The notes below the pieces were generated by a model. That model had not been told where the DNA came from, did no database searches, and was given only the letters and a program-made list of their open reading frames with translations. Both the position numbers and the translations under genes were made by a program. Shown here piece after piece: positions 10,443-23,600 of a stretch of DNA of 64,000 nt (the first letter of the stretch is position 1; each line of letters opens with the position of its first letter). Source of the stretch: Octopus vulgaris (taxonomy: Eukaryota); the NCBI GenBank assembly GCA_951406725.2, contig CATOCA020000001.1, positions 3,472,001 through 3,536,000 on the forward strand, in the 5' to 3' direction.

Positions 10443-10845
10443 CCATCATCATCATTTAACCCTTTTGATACCAACCCAGCTGAAACCGCCTCTGGCTCTG
10501 TAGTACAAATGTCTTGTTTTCATAAGTTTTCAAAATCTTCCACCAAACCTTAGCCACAATTTATGTTCCTAACACTAACTTAATGATTACTGAGTTATTT
10601 CACTAAATTCTTTGTTACATTTAAAATTAATTGAAAGAAACGCAGAGCACCTCAACAATAATACGGTAACGAAAGGGTTAACATGTTTTTCATGCATACT
10701 GGCATAGGTTGACCAGTTTGATATGAGCTGGAAAGCTGGAAAACCAGAGGGCTGTATCAGGCTCCAGTCCTTTTTTTTTTGGCATGGTTTCTATTGTTGG
10801 ATGCCCTTCCTAACACCAACCACTTTACAGAGCATACTGGATGCG
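10443..10845 (-). mobile_element. old RTE 3'UTR fragment interrupted by a MITE
   Basis: catcatcatcatttaa...ggatgcccttcctaacaccaaccac matches the RTE 3' end seen at 26790. Confidence 0.7.
10460..10677. mobile_element. piggyBac-type MITE
   Basis: TTAA target duplication on both sides; TIRs cccttttgatacc / ggtaacgaaaggg. Confidence 0.85.
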
Positions 10846-11614
10846 TAGTGGTGGTGATGTGAAATCAAGCGACAGATAAAATTTATCATCCGAGCTGGCC
10901 ACAGTAAGATTTAAACTCAGAATGCAAAGAGCCAGGATAATTTCTAGCAGGTATCTGGTCTGGTATTCTTACTGTTCTATTAATCCACAGCTTTAGACTG
11001 GTAACTTCTTTTATCAACCCCCAAAAGAATAAAAAACAATGTTGAATGAGATGGTCTTTGCAAATTTTTGAAGTATGACGGAAAGATGAGAGAGACAAAA
11101 GAGAAACATCCAAATTGAACTCAGAACATGGACAGATGCAAGAAAAACCTGCATGACGTTTTAGCCAACATCATTGTCATCGACATCATACTTATCACCA
11201 TTATTGTCATTTTCATTGAAGTCATCAACATCATAATTGATGTTGTTGTTATCACCATCATCTTTATAATTCTCATCACAATCATCCTCATCAGCACAAC
11301 CACAACCACCACCATTATCATCATCATCATCATCATCACAACCATCATCATCCTCTACATAATCTTCATCATCATTTTTTTTTCTCATGTTTTATCCATG
11401 CTAGTATGGGCTGAGACATTTTTTGGCAGTGCAACTGTATACCTTTTCTAATTCTACCCTTTTTAGTCTTCACAGTTATTTGAAAACTGAGATACCCTAG
11501 GTATAATGACTATTTACTCATCCCTTGATTCAGTAAAAAAAAACATAGACACAAACACACAAAAAAATTTGCTAAAACCAAAGTGTAAGGGCAGGCTCCT
11601 TTAAAATCATTTAC

Positions 11615-11818
11615 TTTGTTTGGCATAAGATCTGAAATTTTGGGGAAGGGCCAGTTGATTAGATCAACCCCAGTACGTAAATGGTACTTAATTTATCAAC
11701 CCCGAAAGGATGAAAGGCAAAGTTGACCTCGGCAGAATTTGAACCCAGAATGTAAAGACACGAAATACCACTAAACATTTCGCCTGGCATGCTAACATTT
11801 CTGCCAGCTCACCACCTT
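11615..11818 (-). mobile_element. tRNA-derived SINE family B (Meta-domain-like)
   Basis: Minus strand ggtggtgagctggcagaa...gggttcaaattctgccgaggtcaactttgcctttcatcctttcggggttgataaattaagtacc. Confidence 0.8.
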
Positions 11819-12490
11819 GCTGGATCTTGGACATTAGTTGGTAGAGACAGACAACTTTCAGTAGCTGGAGATGGGACTTGTGCCTCTCTGTTTCTACATC
11901 CAGTGGGAAATGTATTAGAGATCTGCAGGGAATAATTGATGGTTTGCAGGGTTGCTGGGATAGAGTTGGGTCAATTGATCAGTGTAGGGAAGTCGATACA
12001 ATCTGAGAAAAATCTGAGTTACAGATTGCTGCTAGCTTGAAATCAGATAGCATTGACTTTAACAACAATAACAGCAATAGCAACACGTACAGTGAAGCAA
12101 CAACAAAATCAAAAGCATTCATAATATATCCAAACAGGAACAACAGCTGCACGCACAAACACACACACACAAACACACACATGCACATACACACACATAC
12201 ACGCATGCACACACACAGATACACAGACACATGAATATCAGTCAGTTGTCCATAAGTTAGAAAAAAAAAGTCACACTAAAAAATTTTATGCAGTTATACT
12301 TTTATGTATTCAAGTAGTATATCCTTGGTTACAGCTATATATGGTCATATATATATATAAATATATATAAATATATATATATATATCAGACAAAAAGAGA
12401 TAACAAAGCCAAGGCTGTGAGGAGTTTTCAGGACGTTTATAAGGAAAGAGATAGAGATATAGTCTTACAGCTGTTTCTGGGATATTATGG

Positions 12491-12521
<31 letters not shown>

Positions 12522-12574
12522 TGTATGCATGCATGCATGCATCTATCTATCTGTCTGTCTGTTTGTCTGCCTAC

Positions 12575-12657
<83 letters not shown>

Positions 12658-13055
12658 GGCGTAGGAGTGGCTGTGTGGTAAGTAGCTTGCTTACCAGCCA
12701 CATGATTCCGGGTTCAATCCCACTGTGTGGCACCTTGGGCAAGTGTCTTCTACTATAGCCTCGGGCCGACCAAAGCCTTGTGAGTGGATTTGGTAGATGG
12801 AAACTGAAAGAAGACCATCGTATATATCTATATATATATGTGTGTTTGTGTGTCTGTGTTTGTCCCCTCAACATCGTTTGACAACTGATGCTGGTGTGTT
12901 TACGTCCCTGTAACTTAGCAGTTTGGCAAAAGAGACAGATAGAATATGTACTAAGCTTACAAAGAATAAGTCCTGAGGTCGATTTGCTCGACTAAAAGTG
13001 GCGCTCCAGCATGGCCACAGTCATATGACTGAAACAACTAAAAGAATAAAAGAGT
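12658..13055 (+). mobile_element. SINE family A, complete
   Basis: ggcgtaggagtggctgtgtggtaagt...ggttcaatccc...gactgaaacaactaaaagaataaaagag, between microsatellites. Confidence 0.92.
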
Positions 13056-13061
13056 AAAAGA

Positions 13062-13106
<45 letters not shown>

Positions 13107-13107
<1 letters not shown>

Positions 13108-13410
13108 CGTGCAAGTGGCTGAGCACTCCACAGACACGTGTACCCTTAACGTAGTTCTCGAGGAGATTCAGCGTGACACAGATTGTGACAAGGCTGGCCC
13201 TTTGAAATACAGGTACAAGAGAAACAGGAAGAAAGAGCGAGAGAAAGTTGTGGTGAAAGAGTACAGCAGGGTTCACCACCATCCCCTGCCGGAGCCTCGT
13301 GGAGCTTTAGGTGTTTTCGCTCAATAAACACTCACAATGCCCGGTCTGGGAATCGAAACCGCGATCCTCCGACCGCGAGTCCGCTGCCCTAACCACTGGG
13401 CCATTGCGCA
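13107..13410 (-). mobile_element. tRNA-derived SINE family C
   Basis: Minus-strand head gcgcaatggcccagtggttagggcagcggactcgcggtcggaggatcgcggtttcgattccc has clear A and B boxes. Confidence 0.82.
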
Positions 13411-13756
13411 TGGCTCAGTGGTGAGAGCGTCGAGCTTACGATTGTGAGGTTGTGAGCTCGTATTCCGGACCGAGCTGCATGTTGTGTTCTTGAGCAAGGC
13501 ACTTTATTTCACGTTGCTCCAGTTCACTCAGCTGTAGAAATGAGTTGCGACGGACGTCACTGGTGCCAAGCTGTATCGACCTTTGTCTTTCCCTTGGATA
13601 ACACTGGTGGCGTGGAGAGGAGAGGCTGGCATAGATGGGCGACTGCTGGTCTTCCATAAACAACCTTGCCCGGACTTGTGTCTAGGAGGGTAACTTTCTA
13701 GGTGCAATCCCATGGTCATTCATGACCGAAGGGGGTCTTTACCCTTCTTTACCCTT
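13407..13756 (+). mobile_element. tRNA-derived SINE family D (CORE/V-like body)
   Basis: Head gcgcatggctcagtggtgagagcgtc; body ttgtgttcttgagcaaggcacttt...ccagttcactcagctgtagaaatgag; tail tttaccct repeats. Confidence 0.8.
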
Positions 13757-13896
13757 ATATATATATATATATCTTTTATTTTTTATCTTTTACTTGTTTC
13801 ATCCAGTAAACTGGTGCTGTCATGAAAGACTCTTTTGTAGTCAAATGATATATATATACACACACATACTCAGATAGATAGACAAATAAACATGTT

Positions 13897-13946
<50 letters not shown>

Positions 13947-14390
13947 TACATATATATATATATACACACACACAAATGGAGCAGGAGAGAGAGACACAGA
14001 GAGAGGGAGGGAGGGTGAAGAAAGAGTGAGAAAGAGAGACAGACAGACAGATGGAGAGACATTTATATATAATATGTTTGTGCATGTATGCATGAGTGTG
14101 TGCATGTGGCTGTGTGTGTGTGTATGTATGTGTGTGTGAGTGTGAGTGTATCTTTTATTAACTAAGTGATGCTTTGCAACTGTACAGTTTTCTCAAAAAT
14201 TTTCTGTACTTCTTCAAAAGTTTGACCTGAAAATATATTTGGATCTATCATCATATATTCAGTCTAGCCTTTGAAGAAATGTAATATTCTATTAAATCAA
14301 TTGAACAGTAGTAAGGCACCACTTAGTTAAAAGAAATACCAACTCTGCTTCTCTAACATACTGAGTACCTTCTTATGTATGTATACGTAT

Positions 14391-14493
<103 letters not shown>

Positions 14494-14839
14494 ATATGTA
14501 TGTATGAATATATATATATATATGTATGAATATATAGTTATATACATATATATGTATTTATATGTATTTATATATATATGTATATATATATATATACACA
14601 CATATATATATATGTATAAATATTAATATACACACTCAATTGCCTGTCATTCCTGACTAATGGATTCTTAGATGATTCTGTGTGTGTGTGTGTGTGTGTG
14701 TGTGTTGGCTATGTCCAGGTCAACTGTTTAAAATTTTACCCAATGATGGTGGATTGTATATTATGATGTAATGTTTTTGACTACATTTAATAAAAGTCTA
14801 CCAAAACGAAATTTTAAATGTCCTTCGTGTTTACTATTT

Positions 14840-14884
<45 letters not shown>

Positions 14885-15086
14885 ATATAATCATAAAAAA
14901 AACGGAGAAAGAAAGACAACAAGAAAAAAACAACAATGTGGGGATGTTGTACATGTAAAGTGTTAATACGACACTCAGAGAAGGAAAGAGTGGTTGTTTT
15001 ACTTTTCGAGTAAAGCTCTTCTCCTGAAACAGGAGACATAAGAAAATCCACAAGAAAAGGAAGGTGGAAAAAAGTCGCCAACAGTC

Positions 15087-15090
<4 letters not shown>
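14885..15090 (-). mobile_element. short Penelope-related element with a degenerate minimal hammerhead motif
   Basis: Minus strand 14995-15031 reads tgttt-CAGGAGA-A-GAGC-TTT-ACTC-GAAAAGTA-aaaca, with a perfect 5-bp stem I. Confidence 0.55.
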
Positions 15091-15120
<30 letters not shown>

Positions 15121-15181
15121 AATCCATTAAACAAGAAAGAGAGGCACATGTATTGTCAATAGAGTGGGTGTATTAAAATCT

Positions 15182-15307
15182 GTAGAGGGTGACCATAAAG
15201 TCTGGATGCAGAGATGAAAATGACAAACTTATACTCAATCTGGAGATGTAAAAAACAAGAATATTAGTGACGTTTCCTAAATATCAAAACTCTATGGTCA
15301 CACTGTA
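15182..15307. mobile_element. Tc1/mariner-type MITE
   Basis: Imperfect TIRs tagagggtgaccataaag / ctctatggtcacactgta with TA ends. Confidence 0.6.
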
Positions 15308-15464
15308 AAGTATAGTATTATAAACTCATTTGAGCTGATACTATAGAACCATGTCAGCCCTTGAAACAAAGGCTGAAATTTTTAAGGTTTACTTCTAACC
15401 CTTGTTTGTGAAACCAATGGGTAAAATCAAATGATATAGATCTATTATATTGCAATGTATAAAT

Positions 15465-15660
15465 ATTGGTTTGAAATTTTGGCACAAGGTCAGCAATTTT
15501 TGGTAGGGTGTAAGTCAAGTACATTAACACCAGAGCTTGACTGGTACTCATTTCGTTGATCCCAAAAGGATAAAAAACAAAGCCAACCTCAGCAGAATTT
15601 GAACTCAAAACATAAATATGAATGAAATGCCACTAAACATTCTGCCAGCTTGCCACCTTA
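15465..15660 (-). mobile_element. SINE family B, degenerate
   Basis: ctcagcagaatttgaactc...ctgccagcttgccacc. Confidence 0.7.
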
Positions 15661-15799
15661 TAAGTATTGTATTTATTTTATGAGCATAAATCCACAATTC
15701 TGTATGAGTAACATAGAGGTGTGGGTTCAAGTCCCACATGCACAGAAAACCCTACTTTTTTCTGCTGAGTGCTTATAAGCCCTAATATTAGACAATTTT

Positions 15800-17197
15800 C
15801 TTTAGTCAATACACAGTGAGTGCTAATAAACTTTCAGCTTCTAAAAAACGACCCAATAGTGCAATTTGGGAGACTGCAGCAGTCCGACTTGCCAGGAAAG
15901 AACGCCGTAAGGCTGAACAGGATTACAAATTGCACAAATCAGAGATCAACAGGAAAAAGCGCAATAGGTCAGCCAACCACCTCAAGCAGGTGACAAAAAA
16001 GGCAGTGCTTGAATTTGAACAATGCATTGCAACCAGCCCTGACAGCAAAGTGTTCTGAAAGTATGTGCACTCAAAGCAGAGACCTCACTCTCCAGTTGGT
16101 CCCCTTCGCAATTCCCACACAGGACAGATTACTGGCAATCCCAAAGAATGTGCAGAAATCATTGCTGGATGCTATGCTGGCATCTTTACTGTCGAAGACC
16201 AAAATGCTCCATCTTCATCACCACTAACATCGAACTCTATATCTACTATGCAATTTACACCAGCAATGCTACAACGCTACCTTAAGAATAAACGCAACTA
16301 TGCCTCTCCTGGTCTCGATGGTGTTACATACCTGCTTCTCAAATGCGGTGGGTACTTTCTTCTAAGCCAGCTTTCTCTATTCTTCCAATTCTGTCTTGAC
16401 AATGGTGTTACTCCAGAGCAGTGGAAAACTGCCAGTCTTATCCCTCTGTTCAAAAAAGGTGACTGCACATCGCCTGTCAACTGTCGCCCCGTTAGTCTTA
16501 CTAGCTGCATCGCCAAACTGATGGAATCCTGTATCAGGGAAACCCTCTGGAACTTCTGGAAGTCTCACAGCCTCATCCAGCCGTCACAATTTGGATTTAT
16601 TCCTAACTCCAGCTGCTGTAATCAACTCATCGAGTTTCTTGAGGACGTTACCCAAATCACTGATCGTGGATCCTGGGTGGATGTTGTTTACCTGGACTTT
16701 GCTAAGGCTTTTAACTCTATGCCACACAAAAGACTTATGGTAAAGCTCTCTGCGTTGGGCATAAGAGACGAACTCTATAACTGGTTGAAGTCCTTTATTT
16801 TCGGCCGAAAAGAGGTTGTCACAGTTCTAGGACAGCACTCTTCACCCTATGAGATAACATCTGGTGTACCACAGGGATCTTTTCTTGGCCCCCTTTTATT
16901 TGTTGCATATGTTAATGACATAGATGCCAACTTAAAGAATGCCACAGTGCTGAAATATACAGATGACATCAAGCTGTACCTCGAAATAAAGAGGTCAGAT
17001 CCTGTACACTATAGATCTCTATTGCAAGCAGACCTGGAGACAATGCAGCAGTGGATCATGGGCTGGCAACTCAAGCTGGCTGTGGACAAATGTACCACCA
17101 TGTATTTTGGGAAGAGAAACCCAGCGTCCACCTATTCCCTCCACAACACTAATCTCAAACGTCTTCGTGTGAACGTGACCTCGGTGTTATTGTCCTT
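15800..17197 (+). pseudogene. CR1-clade LINE RT fragment, cut at its 3' end by a SINE A head (17198-17268, minus strand)
   Basis: ORF 16065-17285: SPGLDG, RPVSLTS, QFGF, YLDFAKAFNSM, SGVPQGSFLGPLLF, YTDDIKL. Confidence 0.9.
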
Positions 17198-18471
17198 GGG
17201 TAGAAGACACTTGCCCAAGGTGCCACGTAGTGGGACTAAACCTGGAACCATGTGGTTCGTAAGCAAGAACACACATTGGGTTTAAAATTTAAATAAGCTG
17301 TTTTGATAGAATTTTAATGATGCATTCAAAGATTGCATCATAAAATATCCACCATCTTCAGGTAAAATATTAAACAGGTATCAAACAGGTGAGATGCTTT
17401 GATCTTGATGAATCCAGCCAACACTTTTGAAGGTGGTAGTTTATATGTTATGATGAAAATCTCTGAATAGATCAATAAAATTCTACCAAAACTGGTGTAG
17501 AAAATTTTAAATAAAAGTTGTCTTCTCTTTATACCTACACCACACCTAGAACTAACCCCTGAGTCAGATCTACAGTTTAAATTGGATTTGATACATACCT
17601 ACAGTATCCTACCAACAGTTGATACCTTCATTGTTGTGCGACTTCACTGTGAACCCTATGTACCTCGCCATTTCTAGCATCCAACATGTTAATGTGCCTA
17701 AGTTCTATTGAAACATATAACTAATCTATCTATCTATCTGCATATATATAATATATATATATGTGTGTGTGTGTATGTGTGCGTATGTAGTGAATCTTGC
17801 ATGCATGAAGTGGATTCGACCCACCACAGTCAAATTTAAATTAGCACTGCTACAGAACTTTTACCACGATGGAACAATGGTTTTTTCTCTGACAGCAGTT
17901 TTTACATTTTCCAGATGCCTTTTAGCTAGGCCAAAATAATGTCTTCACCACTTGACCCTTTCTAACCTCTTCTACTTCACCAAAAGCTAGAATAGATAAC
18001 AAGACCACCAACTAAATCTATTGTTCTCAATGATATATCTATCCTTCTGGATCTTAGTATAAGCAAGCACATCCCAAGCAAAAATTAGTTAGTCACCAGC
18101 CGGTGACGACTCAACAAGGTCTGGCTGACCAACCTTGGTCAGAGGGAAAAATGAAGTTTACTGTCAGACAACACCCAACACTTCACTCTAGCTCTAATAC
18201 TGTTCTATTACAACATCATTCTATCTCTCTCTGAAATTGCTACTAACAATTTGTGTACACCAAACCAAGCACAAAATATTCTCCCACATCTAGCTTTTCT
18301 TTCGCATGCTTTTGGATTTATCACAACTGCCCGTAACGTAACGGTAAATAAAACATTTCCTTAAAACATTATGCATTGTCTAGCCTTCACAACTTAACAT
18401 CCTACAGTTTACCGTTATAACAACAAATCTTTATCAATATTTCTACCGTTACAATTAAAATCGCCGCCATT

Positions 18472-18518
<47 letters not shown>

Positions 18519-18967
18519 ACATTATATAATTAGGGCTTAGTAAAATAAATTACTTTGCCACATACTGAACTTTCTAGAAATAGCAGCCAAAAAGTTTCTT
18601 AGCCATTTCCACTACTTTAAGAAAATTTCTCTCAGATAATGTTTACTCATAAATAACTCACGAAGGTATGGAGGTAAAAGCAGAAAAATATCACAAGTAC
18701 AAAGATCATTTGAGAACGTTAACGTTTCTAGATTAGCCAAATAAACTCAGCATTTCAGAAACGTTAACGTTCTCAAATGATCTTTGTACTTGTGATATTT
18801 TTCTGCTTTTACCTCCATACCTTCGTGAGTTATTTATGAGTAAACATTATCTGAGAGAAATTTTCTTAAAGTAGTGGAAATGGCTAAGAAACTTTTTGGC
18901 TGCTATTTCTAGAAAGTTCAGTATATGGCAAAGTAATTTATTTTACTAAGCCCTAATTATATAATGT
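18519..18967. repeat. 211-bp near-perfect inverted repeat with 27-bp spacer
   Basis: Arms 18519-18729 and 18757-18967; one mismatch noticed (ttgccacatac vs ttgccatatac). Confidence 0.95.
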
Positions 18968-19060
18968 AATATTTTGAATTCGCCTTAAATGGTCCTTTTA
19001 CATACTGAACACTACTTGGTGAAATTTTATTAATAACTAATTAATTTTACCCTCAATTGT

Positions 19061-19124
<64 letters not shown>

Positions 19125-19129
19125 ATAAA

Positions 19130-19396
19130 AAATTAATAAATAAATAAAATATATGCATATATGCATACATATATATACGTACCTACCTCTACATGTATAT
19201 ATACATGCATATATGGGTACAGGACAACAAAAAAAAAAACGTCGAACACAATGAGAAACGAAAACATAAACACAAAACCAAGGAAATGGACATGTTTTTA
19301 AAACAAAGAAAAAATAGAGTACAGGACATACAAAACAAGGAAAATTCCCCTTCTTCAGTTGCCTTAATTTCATCTACTCCACCTTTCGAAGGTCAA

Positions 19397-19400
<4 letters not shown>
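19130..19400 (-). mobile_element. short repeat between (TA)n tracts, probably Penelope-related
   Basis: Purine-rich plus strand like the other short PLE-type elements; cttcgaaa...gta...ctgaagaagggg on the minus strand. Confidence 0.35.
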
Positions 19401-19443
<43 letters not shown>

Positions 19444-20619
19444 GTATATATGTATGTGTGTATATATATATATCAGCATCATCTTGTGTGTGTGTGTGTG
19501 TAGGCAGTTGATTGGTAGAGAGTAGTTAGAACATCAGATAGAGTGCTTTGTATTAATAGTAATCCTTGTAGCTTTCTGCATTCTGCCTTTCATCCTTTGC
19601 TTCAAATCTTTGTATTGGTGTGTATTGCAAGACGCAGCTAGGTTTCTTTTGCAAACATTTTACCTAATGTGTGAAAATCAAAATAGGAAGTTTGAATGAA
19701 GTATCTATAAAACAAGTTTTTAAACATCAAATGGTTGTGGGAGTCCACCAGAATAAAATAGTAATCAAAGGGGTCCATAGATAAAAAATGGTTGAGAACC
19801 CTTGATCTATAGAAACCACACCGAAGCTGACATTGGAGATTAACACCGCCCTGTGATTCACCAGATCTTGTCAAGCCATCCATTCCATATCAACATGGAA
19901 AATTGACATTAGATAATTATAATAATGATGATGTCAATGCCATCTGCACCACCTATGCTGCTGACGCCACCAATGTTAACAATATTGAACAGGGGCTGAA
20001 ATGCTGTTGTAAATTCCATACCCTTTGTAAAAGTAGCTCGGATGTGATTGTGGGATGTAAGAAAATGACAGACATTGATAAAAGTGCTCCAAGTATGAGA
20101 TTCACTTGATTGGCATTGGTGTAAATTAACCAATCAAATATATTGAAAATAGGAGCTCATTGGAGCCTATTTTGGAGACAGTGAATTTATATTAAGTCTA
20201 GTTTACTGCTCCCACATTTAGAGTTTGACAACCTCATCTGGCTGACAATTCCAGCAAGCATGCTTCAAGACAGCTCTTGTTTCTCTCTCATTCTAACCTC
20301 TTCTTTCTCATATACACATTTTCTTACATTGTACATACTTTTTTTTCTCAATTATAAAAACTATACAAGGACTTTTCATATATATTTTCCCCAGCTGAAT
20401 TTTCAATGTTTTCTGCATCTCCTGAATACTGAACTCTGACCAGCTGAATATTATAGCTTAATGTTAATAACATCTATATAAAACAAAGTTTTGTTTTTCG
20501 CAAGCAAATTAATACAGTTCATGCACTTTTGGTTACTTTTCTGAGGAGTTGTAGTGCACCTGAGCACTGTATACAATAAGTTCATTATAATTTAGGTTTT
20601 TCTTTTTACCTTTATTTTT

Positions 20620-23600
20620 CAGCATGACTGTGTGGTTTAGAAGCCCACTTTGCAACCATGAGGTTTTGAGTTCGGACCCACTGTGCAGCACCTTGGGCAG
20701 ATGTTTTCTGCTACAGCTAAGTTTTCTGCCTTTGGAGGCTATGGCTATGGCTCCCGCAACGAGGAGGGAACCAGGCTGCTGGAGTTCTGCGATGCAAATA
20801 ATCTTATGATTTGCAACACTAACTTCAGGAAACCTACCAGCCACCTAGTCACTTACCGATCGGGCCAACATACCAGCCAAATTGACTACATCCTTGCAAG
20901 GCAAAGGGAGAGATGGCTTCTTATAAATGCCAAAACCTTCCCAGGCGAAGAATGTACCCCACAACATAGACTGGTAGTTAGTGACTTTAGGATCAGGACT
21001 AGGAGGACAACCAGAAGACTAACAATATGGAGAAGAAGGATTTGGAAGCTTAAAGATCCTGCAAATGGACAGAGATTTAGGGACATATTACTTGAAGCCT
21101 TTGACGAAGTAGAAGGGGATAGAGCATCACAGGGGGTAGAAGACAACTAGACGTTTCTAAGGGACAACATGCTGAGAGCCACTGACCAGATCTGTGGCTG
21201 GTGCAAAAGTCCCCTCTCGACCTAGAATAACGTGGTGGTGGAACAATATTGTAGACAGGGCTATTAGAGAAAAGAGACAGGCTTGGAAGGTCTGGAAAAA
21301 TGGGGGTAGCAGGGAATTGTATCAGACTGCCAAAAGAGAAGCTAGGAGACAGGTTTATTTAGCCAGAGGGGAAGCAGATAAGAAAAAATTTGCCAATGTT
21401 CTGCACCGTGAGGACAAAAGACTGGAGGTGTTTCGCGTTGCAAGACAGTGTGTGAGAGAGAATCGTGATGTGGTAGGAGAGAAGTGTGTTCGCATGGAAG
21501 ATGGTTCACTTGCGCTAAATGAGGATGCAAAGAGAGAGGTTTGAAGACGCCACTATGAAAGGTTGCTGAATAAAGAAAATGAATGGGATAAAGAGAGTCT
21601 GCCAAATGTTGACCCAACAGAGGGACAAGCTATCTGAGTTGATAGTTCCGTGGTAGCTAAGACAATTAGAAGCATGAAGACAGGGAAAGCCCCAGGCCCA
21701 TCAGGAATCACTGCAGAGATGCTCAAAATGTCTGGTAGTGTCGGCTATAGCCTAGTCACCCGTATAGTTAATCAGGTAATACACAAAGGAGTCATACCCA
21801 ATGACTGGTGTAGCAGCATAATAGTCAACTGCTACAAAGGTAAAGGTGACGCCCTAGATACAAATAACTACAGAGGTATCAAGGTGTTGGATCAGGTGAT
21901 GAAGGTTACGGAGAGGGTCATAGCCCAACTAATTAGAGAGAGAGTTAGTTTAGATGAGATGCAGTTTGATTTTGTGCCAGGGAAAAGTACCACTGATGCT
22001 ATATTCCTGGTAAGGCAGCTGCAGGAGAAATACCTAGCCAAAGATAAGCCCCTGTACCTGGCTTTTGTTGACATGGAAAAATCCTTCGACAGGGTCCCCC
22101 AATCCATTATCTGGTGGTCAATGAGGAAACTAGGGATAGATGAATAGTTAGTGAGAGCTGTGCGGGCCATGTATAGGGACGCTGCTAGTAAGGTGAGGGT
22201 TGGCAACGAGTACAGTGAAGAATTCCGGGTAGAGGTAGGGGTCCACCAAGGCTCAGTACTCAGCCCCCTCCTATTTATCATAGTCCTCTAGGCAATAACG
22301 GAGGAATTCAAGACAGGATGCCCTTGGGAGCTCCTCTATGCTGATGACCTTGCTCTAATTGCTGAGTCGCTATCAGAACTGGAGGAGAAGTTTCAGGTGT
22401 GGAAACAAGGATTAGAATCGAAGGGCCTCAGAGTCAATCTAGCTAAAACCGAAGTCGTAATCAGTAGGAAGGTAGACAAATCACAAACGCCTTCAGGTAG
22501 ATGGCCCTGCTCGATCTGTAGAAAAGGTGTAGGTAGAAACTCTATAAGATGCACCAAGTTTAAGCTATGGACACATAAGAGGTGCAGCAATGTCAAAGGA
22601 AGGCTAACTAGGAAGATGGTTTTTGTATGTGGCAGATGCTCAGGAACAATAAACACTGAAAATGCTCTGAGACCAACTTCCGTCACTTTCCAGGGAGAAA
22701 AACTAGAAATAGTTGATAGTTTCCGTTACCTAGGTGACCAAGTCAGCAGCGGGGTTGGGTGTGCTGAAAGTGTAACTGCTAGAGTAAGAATAGCTTGGGC
22801 AAAGTTCAGAGAGCTCTTACCTCTGCTGGTGACAAAAGGCCTCTCGCACAGAGTGAAAGGCAGACTGTATGATGCGTGTGTATGAACAGCCATGCTACAT
22901 GGCAGTGAAACATGGGCCGTGACTGCTGAGGATATGCGTAAGCTCGCAAGAAATGAAGCCAGTATGCTCCGATGGATGTGTAATGTCAGTGTTCATACTC
23001 GGCAGAGTGTAAGTACCTTGAGAGAAAACCTGGACCTAAGAAGCATCAGTTGTGGTGTGCAAGAGAGACGTTTGCGCTGGTATGGTCATGTGGCGAGAAT
23101 GGATGAAGATAGTTGTGTGAAAAGTGCCACACCCTAGCGGTTGAGGGAACCTGCGGAAGAGGCAGACCCAGTAAAACCTGGGACGAGGTGGTGAAGCACG
23201 ACCTTCGAACTTTAGGTCTCCCTGAGGAAATGACTAGAGACCGAGACCTCTGGAAGTATGCTGTGCGCGAGAAGACCCGGCAGGACAAGTGAGTTCATAA
23301 CCCGTGGCCTTCTACATGGGATGGAGCCAGCCTACGTATGCATACCTTCCCTTCTTGGGACACAAAACTCAACTTGTGAAGACGTGTTGAGGCAAGTGAG
23401 GATCAGAATTGAAATCGATCAATGGAAATTGCAGATGTGTTACCAGTGCCGGTGGCATGTAAGAGAACCTTCCGTTTCGCGACCGTTGCCAGCGCCGCCC
23501 CGACTGGCCTCCGTGCCGGTGGCACATAAAAAGCACCATCCGTTCATGGCCGTATGCCAGCTCTGTCTGGTACCTGTGCGGGTGGCACGTAAAAAGCACC

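Noticed and set aside
11128-11451. Hydrophobic or acidic ORFs resembling membrane proteins
   Set aside because: Degenerate (ATC)n repeat.
13340-13480. tRNA genes
   Set aside because: The tRNA-like heads continue into SINE bodies and lack a proper acceptor stem and terminator.
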